From Curvularia clavata (Eukaryota), in NCBI GenBank assembly GCA_023920165.1, contig CP089274.1, forward strand, positions 806,001-870,000: a stretch of DNA of 64,000 bases. Direction: 5' to 3'. The position numbers and the translations under genes were made by a program. The notes beneath the pieces are model-generated. The model did not search any database. It was not told where the DNA came from and saw nothing but the letters and a program-made list of their open reading frames with translations. Positions 25,172 to 34,790 of the stretch are shown here, piece by piece. Each line of letters opens with the position of its first letter. Positions within the stretch are counted from its first letter, which is position 1.

Positions 25172-25677
25172 TACTGAAAATGGTAACTTTTGCACTTCCT
25201 AACGCATTTTTACTACAACAATTATTCTTTCTTTTTAAGAGCTGACGTAAATAAACTTATTCTACTCTAAAATACCCATCACTTATGTTTTATAGGCTTT
25301 AACGACGTTGCGGATGAGGTGGATGAGTTCAAGTTAGCGATTTCTTCGGTAGAATTAACATGTACTCAGACCATAACATAGGCTGAGTTTTCGTTCCAAA
25401 TGCTTTTGAATCTTTGGAACAGCTTAGACTATTTGTTGGTGCTCCAAAAATTATTTACAACCTTTATGGCGTTGAGTTGTATAAAGACAAAGCGATTCAT
25501 TCAGTTCTTCAGCGGGATCAAAACCGGAAAGATGAATCACGCCAGCCATGAGGCCTTGACAGTTATATGAGAACTGCTAATATCAAAAGTTAAGCACTTC
25601 CCACAGCGAGCATGCTTTTATTGTTTTGCGTAGTGCATAACAACTTGTATAGGTGTAATCAATGGTTATTATATGTA

Positions 25678-28600
25678 ACGTCCATCCCTAAGTCACGAGA
25701 CGCACCCCGTCGCGAGACGAACACCAGGTACTTTGAGATCAAGAAATCATAATCTTCCAAGCGCGTCTGAATAATCTACAATCTTCTATCAATAGCTTCT
25801 TAGCCTTCTTTAGCCTACTTCTATACTTTAAAATACAAAAATTACGTTGTCGTTGACGCATACACGCCGTGCGCAGTCAAGCCTTTAATTATGTCCAAAT
25901 CCAAGCCCATGCTATACAGCATGACGCTTGACGCCTAGGAGTCTGTTAAGGTGATGAACTAACTTATCTGGGCTTCTGCATGTCCATATAGGTATATGAA
26001 GTCACCACCAGCCTTGTGGTGGTTGTCGCACGCTTGTTCATGCCCGATTGCCACCCTGGTCGGTACTTGAGATCGAAGTAGCTTCCTGATGCGGCTAGCA
26101 CAGGTTGTGCCTTGCACGTATAATACAGATAGCGTGTAATTTACTTTCAGCCACTAATATGACTACTGTGGCTGTACTGACTGCTGACGCTGTTGCAAGT
26201 AAGCATATCCCTAAATAACATAACTAAATACTCCGTATTGTCATCACTAACTATCCTAACCTAATACATTCGTGCAACTGGCGCTATTCCCTGGACATTG
26301 CTCACTCTTGCCGCCTTGCTCTTTGGCACCGGTGGGCCAGCATCTCCTTCTACCTCAGTACTCTTTCGCTTTCTGCCACGCCTCACTGTACTTGTGGACG
26401 CCGTGGCTTCTGCTGTCTCCTGCGCAGCATTCTTGCTCTTCCGACCGCGCTTCCCTTTGGCTTTAGCCTTAGCTTCTTTGGCTGCCGCCTCTTCCGCTCG
26501 CTTCAGCCGTTTATCTTGAAGGTGCTCATAGCTAAACACCTGCCCGGACCCCTTCTCGAGTATGTCGGCTCTGGTTGATCGTCGAGACTTGGCTTCGTTG
26601 TTGACCGCCATCAAGAGTTGGATATGGTTTTGCTGTAGAGCGCTCTTAGTCAAAGATAACTGAGTAGCTTTGGCGAGTTTTAGTAAGTGTCGCTGCAAGT
26701 TCTGCTGGCTATTTTCGTCAAGAGCATGGGCGTCTTTTTTCAAGATGAGATTTTGCAGCAACAAAAGACCGTCTGCTGATACTGGTGTTATAGGCGTTTG
26801 CAGCACTCCATCTTCTTGATAAGATGCTTCGTTAGTCACCGCAGGAGCTACTTCGACTGGAGGTTTCGGCACAGTCCTGAGTACTCTGTCTGGGTTGAGC
26901 GGGAACAAACCACTTGCAGCAAAGCCAGCCTTGATGTTCTTAGCTGTGAATGCTCGCTCCCTGGCCGGCTTATATAGATAGGTAAAATGCTCCTTGCCGA
27001 TAGCGTTGACGCCGCCTCGCTCCAATCGTTCGACCTGTTCACGGTAGGCTGTCTTCAGTGGGCCAAATACAGCAACGTCGCAAGGCTGAAGCTTGTGAGA
27101 CGTATGAGAGGGCAGACGACACAAGATGATGTTGTTTGCAAAACAGTACTCTAAGATCTCGAGCGTCTCATGCGTCCCGAAGCCGTCAAGGATCAGTACA
27201 CGCGGTCTCCCGTTAGCACGTCCCTTGGTCTCAGGATCAAACACGCGCTTGAGCCACTGCAAGCTGATGTTGGAGTCGGTGTATCCAGACTCATTGCACG
27301 TATAATGCCATCTAGGAGTCGGAAAGGTAGTCCAGTTACTACGGTGGGTGGTGGCTGGCCAAATGATCATCGGGTTTAGGTACCTACCGTCAGCGCTAAT
27401 GCACTCAATAGCAGTCACCATCGTTCGCTTCACGCGCGCGCCTCTATGGGTTCGTTTGTCATCCTTACCTACGAGCACCTTTACCGAGCCAAGCATGGAT
27501 AGCATCACCCCAGTCTCGTCCATGTTGTATACATTCTCGGCTACAATAGCTGGATCGCGCAGTACCTCCCCAATTACCTCGAACCAGTGTGTCATCTTAT
27601 CGGCGATATTATTCTCGTGGCGGTTCCAGTCTAGCGCCGTAACGCGTCTCGCTGTCATCTCTGGATGGCGCCTCTCGAAGGCCTTTGCCCAGTTTTTGCC
27701 TGGGGGCTTGGAGGGTCTGTCCCTCACGGGCCGACCACGGGTAGCGACGAAGGCGAGCGAGGGAATGTGCTTGATTCGTACGGGCCGTCCGAGATCTGAC
27801 ATGTGTAAGATAAACTTGACGAGCGCGCTCTCTTCCCATGGTGTCAGGTACTGCTGGCTCTGTGCCTTGTCCTGCATTGAAGGCCGGCCATGAGCGCGAT
27901 GATGGAGGGTACTGCGAGCGACTCCGCCGTGGTCTGCCAAGGTACGGTATGATCTACGCACGCCAGGAGGGACGCCTTGTGCCAATACTTGCCTTGCCTT
28001 ATCCATAGTGGTTAGTAACAGTCTACAGTGCAGATGATGTCTCGTCACTTGGAGGGGTTGTGAGGCATGGGGACAACAAAGGACTCGTTCTCGTTCCAAG
28101 ACCCACAACACGCGCCACACTTATTTTTAGATATGCAGAGCAATAAGGAATAGCGCAAGAATATAATACAGCATTATGTTATCATTTTAACACAATCAAA
28201 CGCATCTCGTCACCTAGGGATGCTTCTGTGCGTCTCCTTCTCCGCACGGAGAAACTGCCGGCATCCACAATCTCGACAACTAAGCAGTACCAAACCCTGG
28301 GATAACTATCTTTCGCGCTTGCGCTGCTTCTATAGATATCCGGATATATAATAGAGATGTAGAGTCGTATTTGGACAGGGGTAAAGCAGTAGAGAGGGGG
28401 CGAACCGTCTTGAGGAAAAGATCAGCGCCATGTTCAATTTCACAAGGATCTTATTCGGAAGATGTCCTGCTAGAGCAGCAATAGTGTAGATTCGTATATA
28501 GTCACTACAACTTTATTGACTTGCGCGTTAGATTTTCCGAAGGCCCGAAGTGCAAACCCGTCTCGCCTCGGGGTGCGTCCCGGGTCTCAGGGATGGACGT
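25678..28600 (-). mobile_element. Fot1/pogo (Tc1/mariner superfamily) DNA transposon, 2923 bp
   Basis: 42-bp TIRs ACGTCCATCCCT(A/G)AG...GACGCACCCCG..GCGAGACG at 25678-25719 and 28559-28600 (6 mismatches); TA target-site duplication at 25676-25677 and 28601-28602; encloses the transposase ORF. Confidence 0.95.
26261..28006 (-). CDS. Fot1/pogo-family DDD transposase (HTH + CENP-B-type HTH + DDE_1), uninterrupted 581 aa
   Basis: MDKARQVL..ARSTLHHR..LTPWEESALV..PGKNWAKAFERRHP; catalytic motifs YNMDETG, LILDGFGTH, LQPCDVAVFGPLK; basic C-terminal tail. Confidence 0.95.
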   Translation of the reverse strand: MDKARQVLAQGVPPGVRRSYRTLADHGGVARSTLHHRAHGRPSMQDKAQSQQYLTPWEESALVKFILHMSDLGRPVRIKHIPSLAFVATRGRPVRDRPSKPPGKNWAKAFERRHPEMTARRVTALDWNRHENNIADKMTHWFEVIGEVLRDPAIVAENVYNMDETGVMLSMLGSVKVLVGKDDKRTHRGARVKRTMVTAIECISADGRYLNPMIIWPATTHRSNWTTFPTPRWHYTCNESGYTDSNISLQWLKRVFDPETKGRANGRPRVLILDGFGTHETLEILEYCFANNIILCRLPSHTSHKLQPCDVAVFGPLKTAYREQVERLERGGVNAIGKEHFTYLYKPARERAFTAKNIKAGFAASGLFPLNPDRVLRTVPKPPVEVAPAVTNEASYQEDGVLQTPITPVSADGLLLLQNLILKKDAHALDENSQQNLQRHLLKLAKATQLSLTKSALQQNHIQLLMAVNNEAKSRRSTRADILEKGSGQVFSYEHLQDKRLKRAEEAAAKEAKAKAKGKRGRKSKNAAQETAEATASTSTVRRGRKRKSTEVEGDAGPPVPKSKAARVSNVQGIAPVARMY

Positions 28601-28642
28601 TAGTTATTCCAAAAGATGAAGCCAAATTCCAAGAGATACGTA

Positions 28643-31600
28643 CTAAGTTCCCACGCGATTTTGGAGCTTGACAAGAGCGTGACGAAGCTTCCGACAACGC
28701 AGATCATCAGGCCCAAAGTGTGCCTCGTATCCTTGCAGCGCCCGCTGGTACATCTCTTCTGCCTTGTCTAGCTTCCCCTGATCAGCGTAGAGATTGCCCA
28801 GGTGACTAACCGTGTCAAGCGTTGATGTATGATCAGGCCCAAGTGCCTCCTCTCTTCCTTGTAGGGCTAGTTGGTATATCTCCTCCGCTTTATCTAGCTT
28901 ACCCTGCTTTCTATAGAGGATGCCTAGGTTGTTAACTGTCCTAAGCGTTGATGTATGATCATGCCCAAGTACCTTCTCGTATCCTTGCAGCGCCCGCTGG
29001 TACATCTCTTCTGCCTTGTTTAGCTTGCCCTGGTTTATGTAGAGGACACCTAGGTTGTTAACCGTATCTAGTGTCGACATGTGACCTGGCCCAAGTGCCG
29101 TCTCCTTGTCTTGTAGCACCCGCTGGTATATCTCTTCCGCTTTGTCTAGCTTGCCCTGATTTCTATAGAGGATGCCTAGATTGCTGATAGTGCTAAGCGT
29201 TGATGGGTGATTAGGCCCAAGCGCCTTCTCACTTCCTTGTAGCGCCCGCTGGTACATCTCTTCTGTCTTATCTAGCTTGCCCTGTCTTCTATAGAGGTTG
29301 CCCAGACGATTGACCGTGCTAAGTGTCGATGTGTCACCAGGTCCAAATGCCTTCTCTCTTCCTTGTAGGGCTATCTGGTACATTTCCTCCGCCTTGTCTA
29401 GCTTGCCATGTTTACTATAGAGGTTTCCTAGTTTGTGAATAGCCTCATACAAGCTTCCTTCAGTGTCCCGCTCCTTAATCACCACACCGATAAACTCTTG
29501 GCATCGATTCGCATGTCGAAGAAGCCGTTGCTGGATCACCCAATACTTGGGACGAATTTTGTATGGCACATGCAGACCTACACACCGTAGTGCAAGCCCA
29601 GCTAGCGCATTGTCCCATCTCTCGTTCACTACATGCTTCGTCCACGCGTGCACACAGCTGTGCATGCTGTATCCCTGCGATTCTACACTATCCTCTCCAG
29701 AAAAGGTATGCGCCTCGGCCAATCCATGATTACAGAGCACTCTTACTGCTTTGTTAAAGCTCAACTGGTCTTGTGTCAGCTCGGAAAACCATTCTGGACA
29801 GTCTCGTTGTCGGGCAGATTGCAGAAGTTCAAACCACACATCCTGATTGTCCAAGTACGCCCACAGTTGGAGGAATTTTACCGCAAGGTCGTTTGAATGA
29901 TCCATAGAGACACGATGTTTGATGCTGTCTAATGAGATTGCCCATGTTGTATATAGTGCCTTGTCTTCATAAGTAAGCAACTGCGGAGTATCTCGCTGAA
30001 GCTGAAGCCATGAAGCTTTGTACATCCGGAGGTATTCAGCAAGACTAGTGGATAGCTGATAGAGGTAGGCGCCGGCAGTAGCAAGAGCAAGTGGCAGGCC
30101 ATCTAGCTCTTCAGCCAGCTTCCGAGCGTCAGGGTCTTGCTACTATGTTAGCATTGTCTATAGGGAGGTAGGAAGGCCTACCAAGCACTAGCCCATCTCG
30201 TCTGGACGTCTGCGACAGTATCTCTAAGCTGTGCTCAATGTCCCGCAGCTTCTTTACTGCGATAGGACGACCTAGCTGCAGCTGAGATGACCGCGTCGTG
30301 ATCAACACTGCTCCTTGATCTGCTTCAGGAAGAAATGGCCGGATATCAAATGTGCCCGGCTCATCATGCCCTGGCAGCTTCGGTGTGTCGTAGTTGTCGT
30401 AAATGACCAGCCACCCGTCGTTCCTAGCGCTGCTCAGCCATCGCTTGACTACCTCCACTGCTTCGTTAAGGTTGTTGCCTTCCGCAGCAGCCTTCAGATA
30501 CGCCAGCGACGGGCGGTCGCGGTAGATGCGCCTCGCTGCGGCTGCATAGCCTTGCTTCAGCGTGTCGACGTCCTTGCTGTTAACCCAGAACACGGCCGAG
30601 TACTCATCTTTATATCGCTGCGCATATGCCAGTGCTAGCTGCGTCTTACCCATCCCACCCAGACCGTGCATGACTGCCGTCTTACGACACCTATCGTGCT
30701 GCAGCTCTCTATGGATGGTGTCCAGCTCCTCGCTCCGGCCGACGAAGTGGTCGACACGCGACACCTCGGGCACGCTGAACTGGACGGCGAACGATGCAGT
30801 AGGCTCTTCAAAATGGACTAAAATAACTTGTTACTATGGACCGCTACTTCGCTGATATGCTTCCTGCTCAAGACTACGTACCCGCGTTTAATTTGGCCTC
30901 TGTGTCCCACCGCCCATCAATGCTGGTACCTGCTTTTGCTGCCATCAATCGTAGATGTCCTGACACCGTCTTGTACCCAGGATCCGTCTTCGACCTGAAT
31001 TTGACCATGTGTATGTGGTCCGCGTGTATCGCGATCGGCTCGCTATCTGCCGCGCCCGGTACTACCGCAGACGCGCGCGGAACGACCTGGCGAACGTTAG
31101 CAAGCAGCCATTACGCATCAGCCGTCGCAAAGTAACTCACCATGATCGACTTGCCCAGCACCGTCGGCGTTGCATACTCCTCAAACGCAAACTTGGTCAC
31201 AAAATCCCCACTGATCGTCCCGTACTGGCCCAGCTGCTGCTGCAGCCACTCCGAGTCTCGCTCGAGATGCTGTAGCAGACGGTCGTCCGCCGCCATAAAC
31301 ACCGATGCCACGTTAACCATAAGCTTCCCCAGCGCGACACCACTGCCGCCTTGGTGAGGAGTGCCCATGAATAGGATGCCATAAGTCGACAGTTTAATCG
31401 CGCGGTGCTCTTCGAGGGCGCCTCGGCGGGCGGCGTCCGAGTGGATAAGCGCCTATGTGTGTCAGTCGGGTGTTGAGGTGCCTTTAACGATCTCACTCAC
31501 GCTCTTCACGATAATGCCGCCTAGGCTATGCGCCACAAAGATGATCGGCCGCTTGCTCGACTGCTCTGGTGTTATTTCTTGCTACTGTATATGATGCCTC

Positions 31601-32131
31601 GCTTGTCGCTTACCTCTGTCAACTGCCTATGAAGGCACAGGTCCGAGACGAGGCCTCTACCGTGGTCGTAGAGGTACTGGGTACTTATGCGCGACCCGCT
31701 GTGTGTATTCGCATCATAGCCCCAGCTCAGTATGCGCGCGTTGGGTAGGTCGTGCGGAAGCAGGTCGCGCAGCCAGTTGATGCTATCAGCACCGCTACCT
31801 GCCGTCCATGTCTTCTCGCAGTGCCCGTTCAGGCCATGTACAGCGACAATGCTAGGCTGGCGTCAGCTGCTGGCCGAAGAAGATCACAGTGGGACAGCGT
31901 ACTCAACAACTGGATTGGTGCCTTCACACACTACTTGTAAGCCTTGTAGGACTTCATCAGTTGCTTGTGGTGGTAGCGAGGGCGTGGCAGCTGGCTCAGC
32001 TGATGCTGAGGATGTCGAGGACAATTCGGCGGGAATCTACCTAGGTGTTAGACCGTGTGCAACAAAACGCGGTCTAGGAGACATACCTTCGCCTTACCCT
32101 TCTTTGAGCGGAAGTCAAGAAGCCGTCGCAT
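28643..32131 (-). CDS. Fungal NLR: SesB-like alpha/beta-hydrolase + NB-ARC + TPR, 8 exons, apparently intact
   Basis: Spliced by eye through 7 GT-AG introns from ATG 32131 (MRRLLDFRSKKGKAK). SesB: IVAVHGLNG, NWLRDLLP, ARILSWGYDA, PIIFVAHSLGG, FMGTPHQG, ADHIHMVKF. NB-ARC: FVGR, GLGGMGKT, WLVIYDNYD, VLITTRS, GLPLAL, YSMHSCVH. Six 42-aa TPRs. Confidence 0.92.
28700..29446 (-). repeat. Six tandem 126-bp (42-aa) TPR-coding repeats
   Basis: Recurring xTVNNLGxLYxxQGKLDKAEEMYQRALQGxExxLGPDHxSTL units in the 28643-30025 ORF. Confidence 0.95.
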
Positions 32132-32379
32132 CGCGTTATCTTAGGCTAGACCAGCAGGTGCATGCTGTAGGATGTAGAACATCCAGAAGCATTGCGCATG
32201 AAGGGCCTCATAAGGCTGTAGCGAGGCTGAGCGGCACGTAATCTGCAGCATCCTGGCGGTCGAAGCGATGGATGGCGACTGGTTGCTGTTGTTGCTGGCT
32301 GTCTGCTGCTCAGCCCCAACTCCACTGAACGGCGCTTAGTGAGCTGCTGTTAAGTATACGCTATAACTCGTTGCTCGTG

Positions 32380-32490
32380 TCGACGTTTGCCACTGTCAAC
32401 AACTTGGGCATTCTCTACAGAAGACAGGGCAAGCTAGACAGGGCAGAAGAAGTGTTTAAGTAGGCGCTGGAGGGTCCGCGTTGTTGCAAC
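32380..32490 (+). pseudogene. Isolated TPR-repeat relic of a paralogous NLR, inverted relative to the NLR
   Basis: Reads STFATVNNLGILYRRQGKLDRAEEVFK*ALEG-PRC; TAG at 32461-32463; no flanking ORF. Confidence 0.85.
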
Positions 32491-32510
32491 ACTTAGAGAT
32501 CGTACGGCAG

Positions 32511-32742
32511 CTTAGTTAGGAACTAGCTCGTTAGTAGATATCAACCTCCTCTTTTGTAGTAAGCCCTACGTTGTGACATATAAAACAATATACTAAAGCG
32601 CTATATTTACTATAAGCTGCATCTGTGCTAACAGATTAACGCTAGACTTGTTCTATATAGTAGGATAATATAATATGCTTACCATATGGCGCAAATGTTA
32701 TTGCAGCAGCGTCCGAGGAGAAGCCGCATTCGCAAAGCATTG
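32511..32742 (-). repeat. Right arm of degenerate long inverted repeat
   Basis: Reverse complement aligns to 24973-25171, with an ~29-bp AT-rich insertion near 32655-32685; mismatches mostly transitions. Confidence 0.85.
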
Positions 32743-33013
32743 TGTGGCTGCTCTGCACTACTTGTAAGCTCCGCGTGTTAGTGTTTGGAGCTTGTAGCCG
32801 CGGGGCATTATGATCCTTGTTGGTCGAGGGGCAGCCATGGAAGCTTCTACGGTCGCGCTTGCGCCTTCCACAACCTCGAAACCATTTCAACACCACACCT
32901 CAATCCCTCTAAACCGCCAAACTCCTGGAACTGATACACTATCTTCAAACGCTGGGAACGGCTGATTTGCACAGTGTCCTGAGAGTTCTGACCGCCCTTG
33001 GTACCCCGCCGCC

Positions 33014-34147
33014 ATGGATGACGCCCGCAAAGGCGACGCTGCCCTTAGCGCAAGCAAACCCGACGAGGCCATTGAGCACTACACCAAGGCCCTCAGTGTC
33101 AATCCCACCGCTGTAAAATACTACATTGGTCGCTCCACAGCCTACCAGCGCACTTCCAAGTTTACCGAAGCCCTACACGATGCCGACGTCGCCGTCCTCC
33201 TTGCCAAAAAGCGCGGCTCACGCGAGCTCATCAAGGACGCCCAGTTCCGCCGCGCCGTCGCACTCTTCCACCTTGGAAAATATGCCGATGCCGACTTTCT
33301 TCTGCGCATTGTGAAGGGACTTGATGAGAAGGACAAGATGCTGCCTATTTGGGAGACTAAAATCGCATCCAAGCTGAAAGACATACCCGAAAACGATGAG
33401 CAGAGGACAGTCACCATCAAGGAGGACCCCGACGTCGAGATACCCAGCGCGAACGCATCCGCAGCGCCGACCAAAGCCGAAGACCCGGCGGCAAAGCCGG
33501 CCCCGAAGCCTCCTGCGCCGACTCCCAAAGAAAAGATCAAGACCGACTGGTACCAGTCCAACGATACCGTCACTCTGAACATTTTGGCAAAGGGGGTGCC
33601 ACAAGACAAGGCCGGGGTAGAGATTGAAGAGAACGCTGTCTCCGTCTCTTTTCCCATTGCTGGTTCGTCGTCCGAGTACAATTACAACGCCGATCCGCTG
33701 TTTGCTTCGGTCGATCCCACGCAGTCCAAATACCGAATTACGGCCACAAAAATTGAAATTACACTGCGGAAGGCAACACCAGGTGTAAAATGGCACAGCC
33801 TAGAGCGCGCTCAGGACGCAGCCCCCGCTTCGACGCCGAACGCACCGTCCACTGTTGCTCCCGTCAAGGAAACAGCGCCATCATATCCAACTTCCTCCAA
33901 GTCAGGCACCAAGAACTGGGACAAGGTAGTGGTCAACGACCTGGATGAAAAGGACGAAATCGAAGGCGACGAGACATCACACTTCTTCAAGACGCTGTAC
34001 AGCGGTGCCACACCCGAGCAGCAGCGAGCTATGATGAAGAGCTACCAGGAAAGCGGCGGCACAGTCCTAAGTACCGACTGGAGTAATGTCGGTAACAGGA
34101 CAGTAGTGCCTGAGCCGCCAGAAGGAATGGAGGCGAAGAAATACTAG
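33014..34147 (+). CDS. SGT1: SGT1 Hsp90 co-chaperone (TPR-CS-SGS)
   Basis: N-terminal TPRs; CS domain KTDWYQSNDTVTL..TKIEITLRK..KWHSLE; SGS domain YPTSSK..KNWDK..FFKTLY..RAMMKSYQESGGTVLSTDW..PPEGMEAKKY. Confidence 0.97.
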   Translation: MDDARKGDAALSASKPDEAIEHYTKALSVNPTAVKYYIGRSTAYQRTSKFTEALHDADVAVLLAKKRGSRELIKDAQFRRAVALFHLGKYADADFLLRIVKGLDEKDKMLPIWETKIASKLKDIPENDEQRTVTIKEDPDVEIPSANASAAPTKAEDPAAKPAPKPPAPTPKEKIKTDWYQSNDTVTLNILAKGVPQDKAGVEIEENAVSVSFPIAGSSSEYNYNADPLFASVDPTQSKYRITATKIEITLRKATPGVKWHSLERAQDAAPASTPNAPSTVAPVKETAPSYPTSSKSGTKNWDKVVVNDLDEKDEIEGDETSHFFKTLYSGATPEQQRAMMKSYQESGGTVLSTDWSNVGNRTVVPEPPEGMEAKKY

Positions 34148-34160
34148 TATGGTCTAGCCC

Positions 34161-34320
34161 AAGTTCGGTTACACAACTTGTTGGAATGCTCACCAATTCG
34201 ATTTTGCGCCAAGCCATGGTGCTCCGCAGTTCGACTTTGGATGCAGCCATGGTGTTTCCAGTTCGACTTTGGAGCAGCCCACGGTAGTCAGCAGTACGAC
34301 TGCACAACTAGTTAGAACAA
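34161..34320 (+). repeat. Degenerate ~33-bp periodic array (5 units) in the SGT1 3' flank
   Basis: Units start at 34161, 34194, 34227, 34259, 34292 with heads AAGTTCGGTT/CAATTCGATT/CAGTTCGACT/CAGTTCGACT/CAGTACGACT. Confidence 0.7.
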
Positions 34321-34790
34321 GGTCTGAGGCCCATGGGTGACTAATAATTTTCATCTTATAACGACGCATAGCGAGGTGTTTGGAGGTATTCGGATTTGTA
34401 TATGAATCTAGATTCGCGCTTGACATGATAGGGCGGCTATCGGCAGCCAGTAGTTCCGCCTGTTACAAATGCGACATGTGACCTACTGTTCGAGAGCCAA
34501 TCTAGTCGTCACTAACTGCCAAGTATGATGGTCCATTACAAATGTGACATGTGCCACTGGTGTTCGAGAGCCAATGCGGACTTGGCATGCCTTACTAACC
34601 TCGCGATGTGCTTGCGCCCGAACGACCGAGTCGAGGTAGGACTAGGTTCCCCACACGCTCGTCATAGTATCTGCCCAGCGTTTTTTCTGCGGGGGTGCCA
34701 GCAACATGGATCTTGGGCATCTGATGTCGCGTTGTGTATTTCTATCTCGCGATCCGACTCACCTCGACGTAGGGTGAGCATCTTCTATAC

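Larger units (their letters stand above)
24973..32742. mobile_element. Putative old non-autonomous long-TIR DNA element carrying an NLR gene as cargo
   Basis: Left end TA|CAGTGCTTAGCGGATGTGGCTTC; right end GAAGCCGCATTCGCAAAGCATTG|TG. The ends align as an inverted repeat of ~200-230 bp, about 70-78% identical by manual alignment. Confidence 0.65.

Noticed and set aside
26261..28006. Idea that the nested Fot1 transposase mobilises the outer NLR-bearing element
   Set aside because: It has its own TIRs (ACGTCC...) and TA duplication, unrelated to the outer CAGTGCTT ends; it looks like a later insertion.
31900..32400. Amyloid signalling motif or adjacent HeLo/gasdermin effector for the NLR
   Set aside because: The N-terminus is S/A/P-rich, not G/N/Q-rich; the effector domain (SesB) is fused in cis, and no separate effector gene is visible.
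34161..34320. Repeat-spacer-like array resembling CRISPR
   Set aside because: Eukaryotic context, 10-bp degenerate heads, related rather than unique spacers, no cas genes; kept only as a minisatellite.
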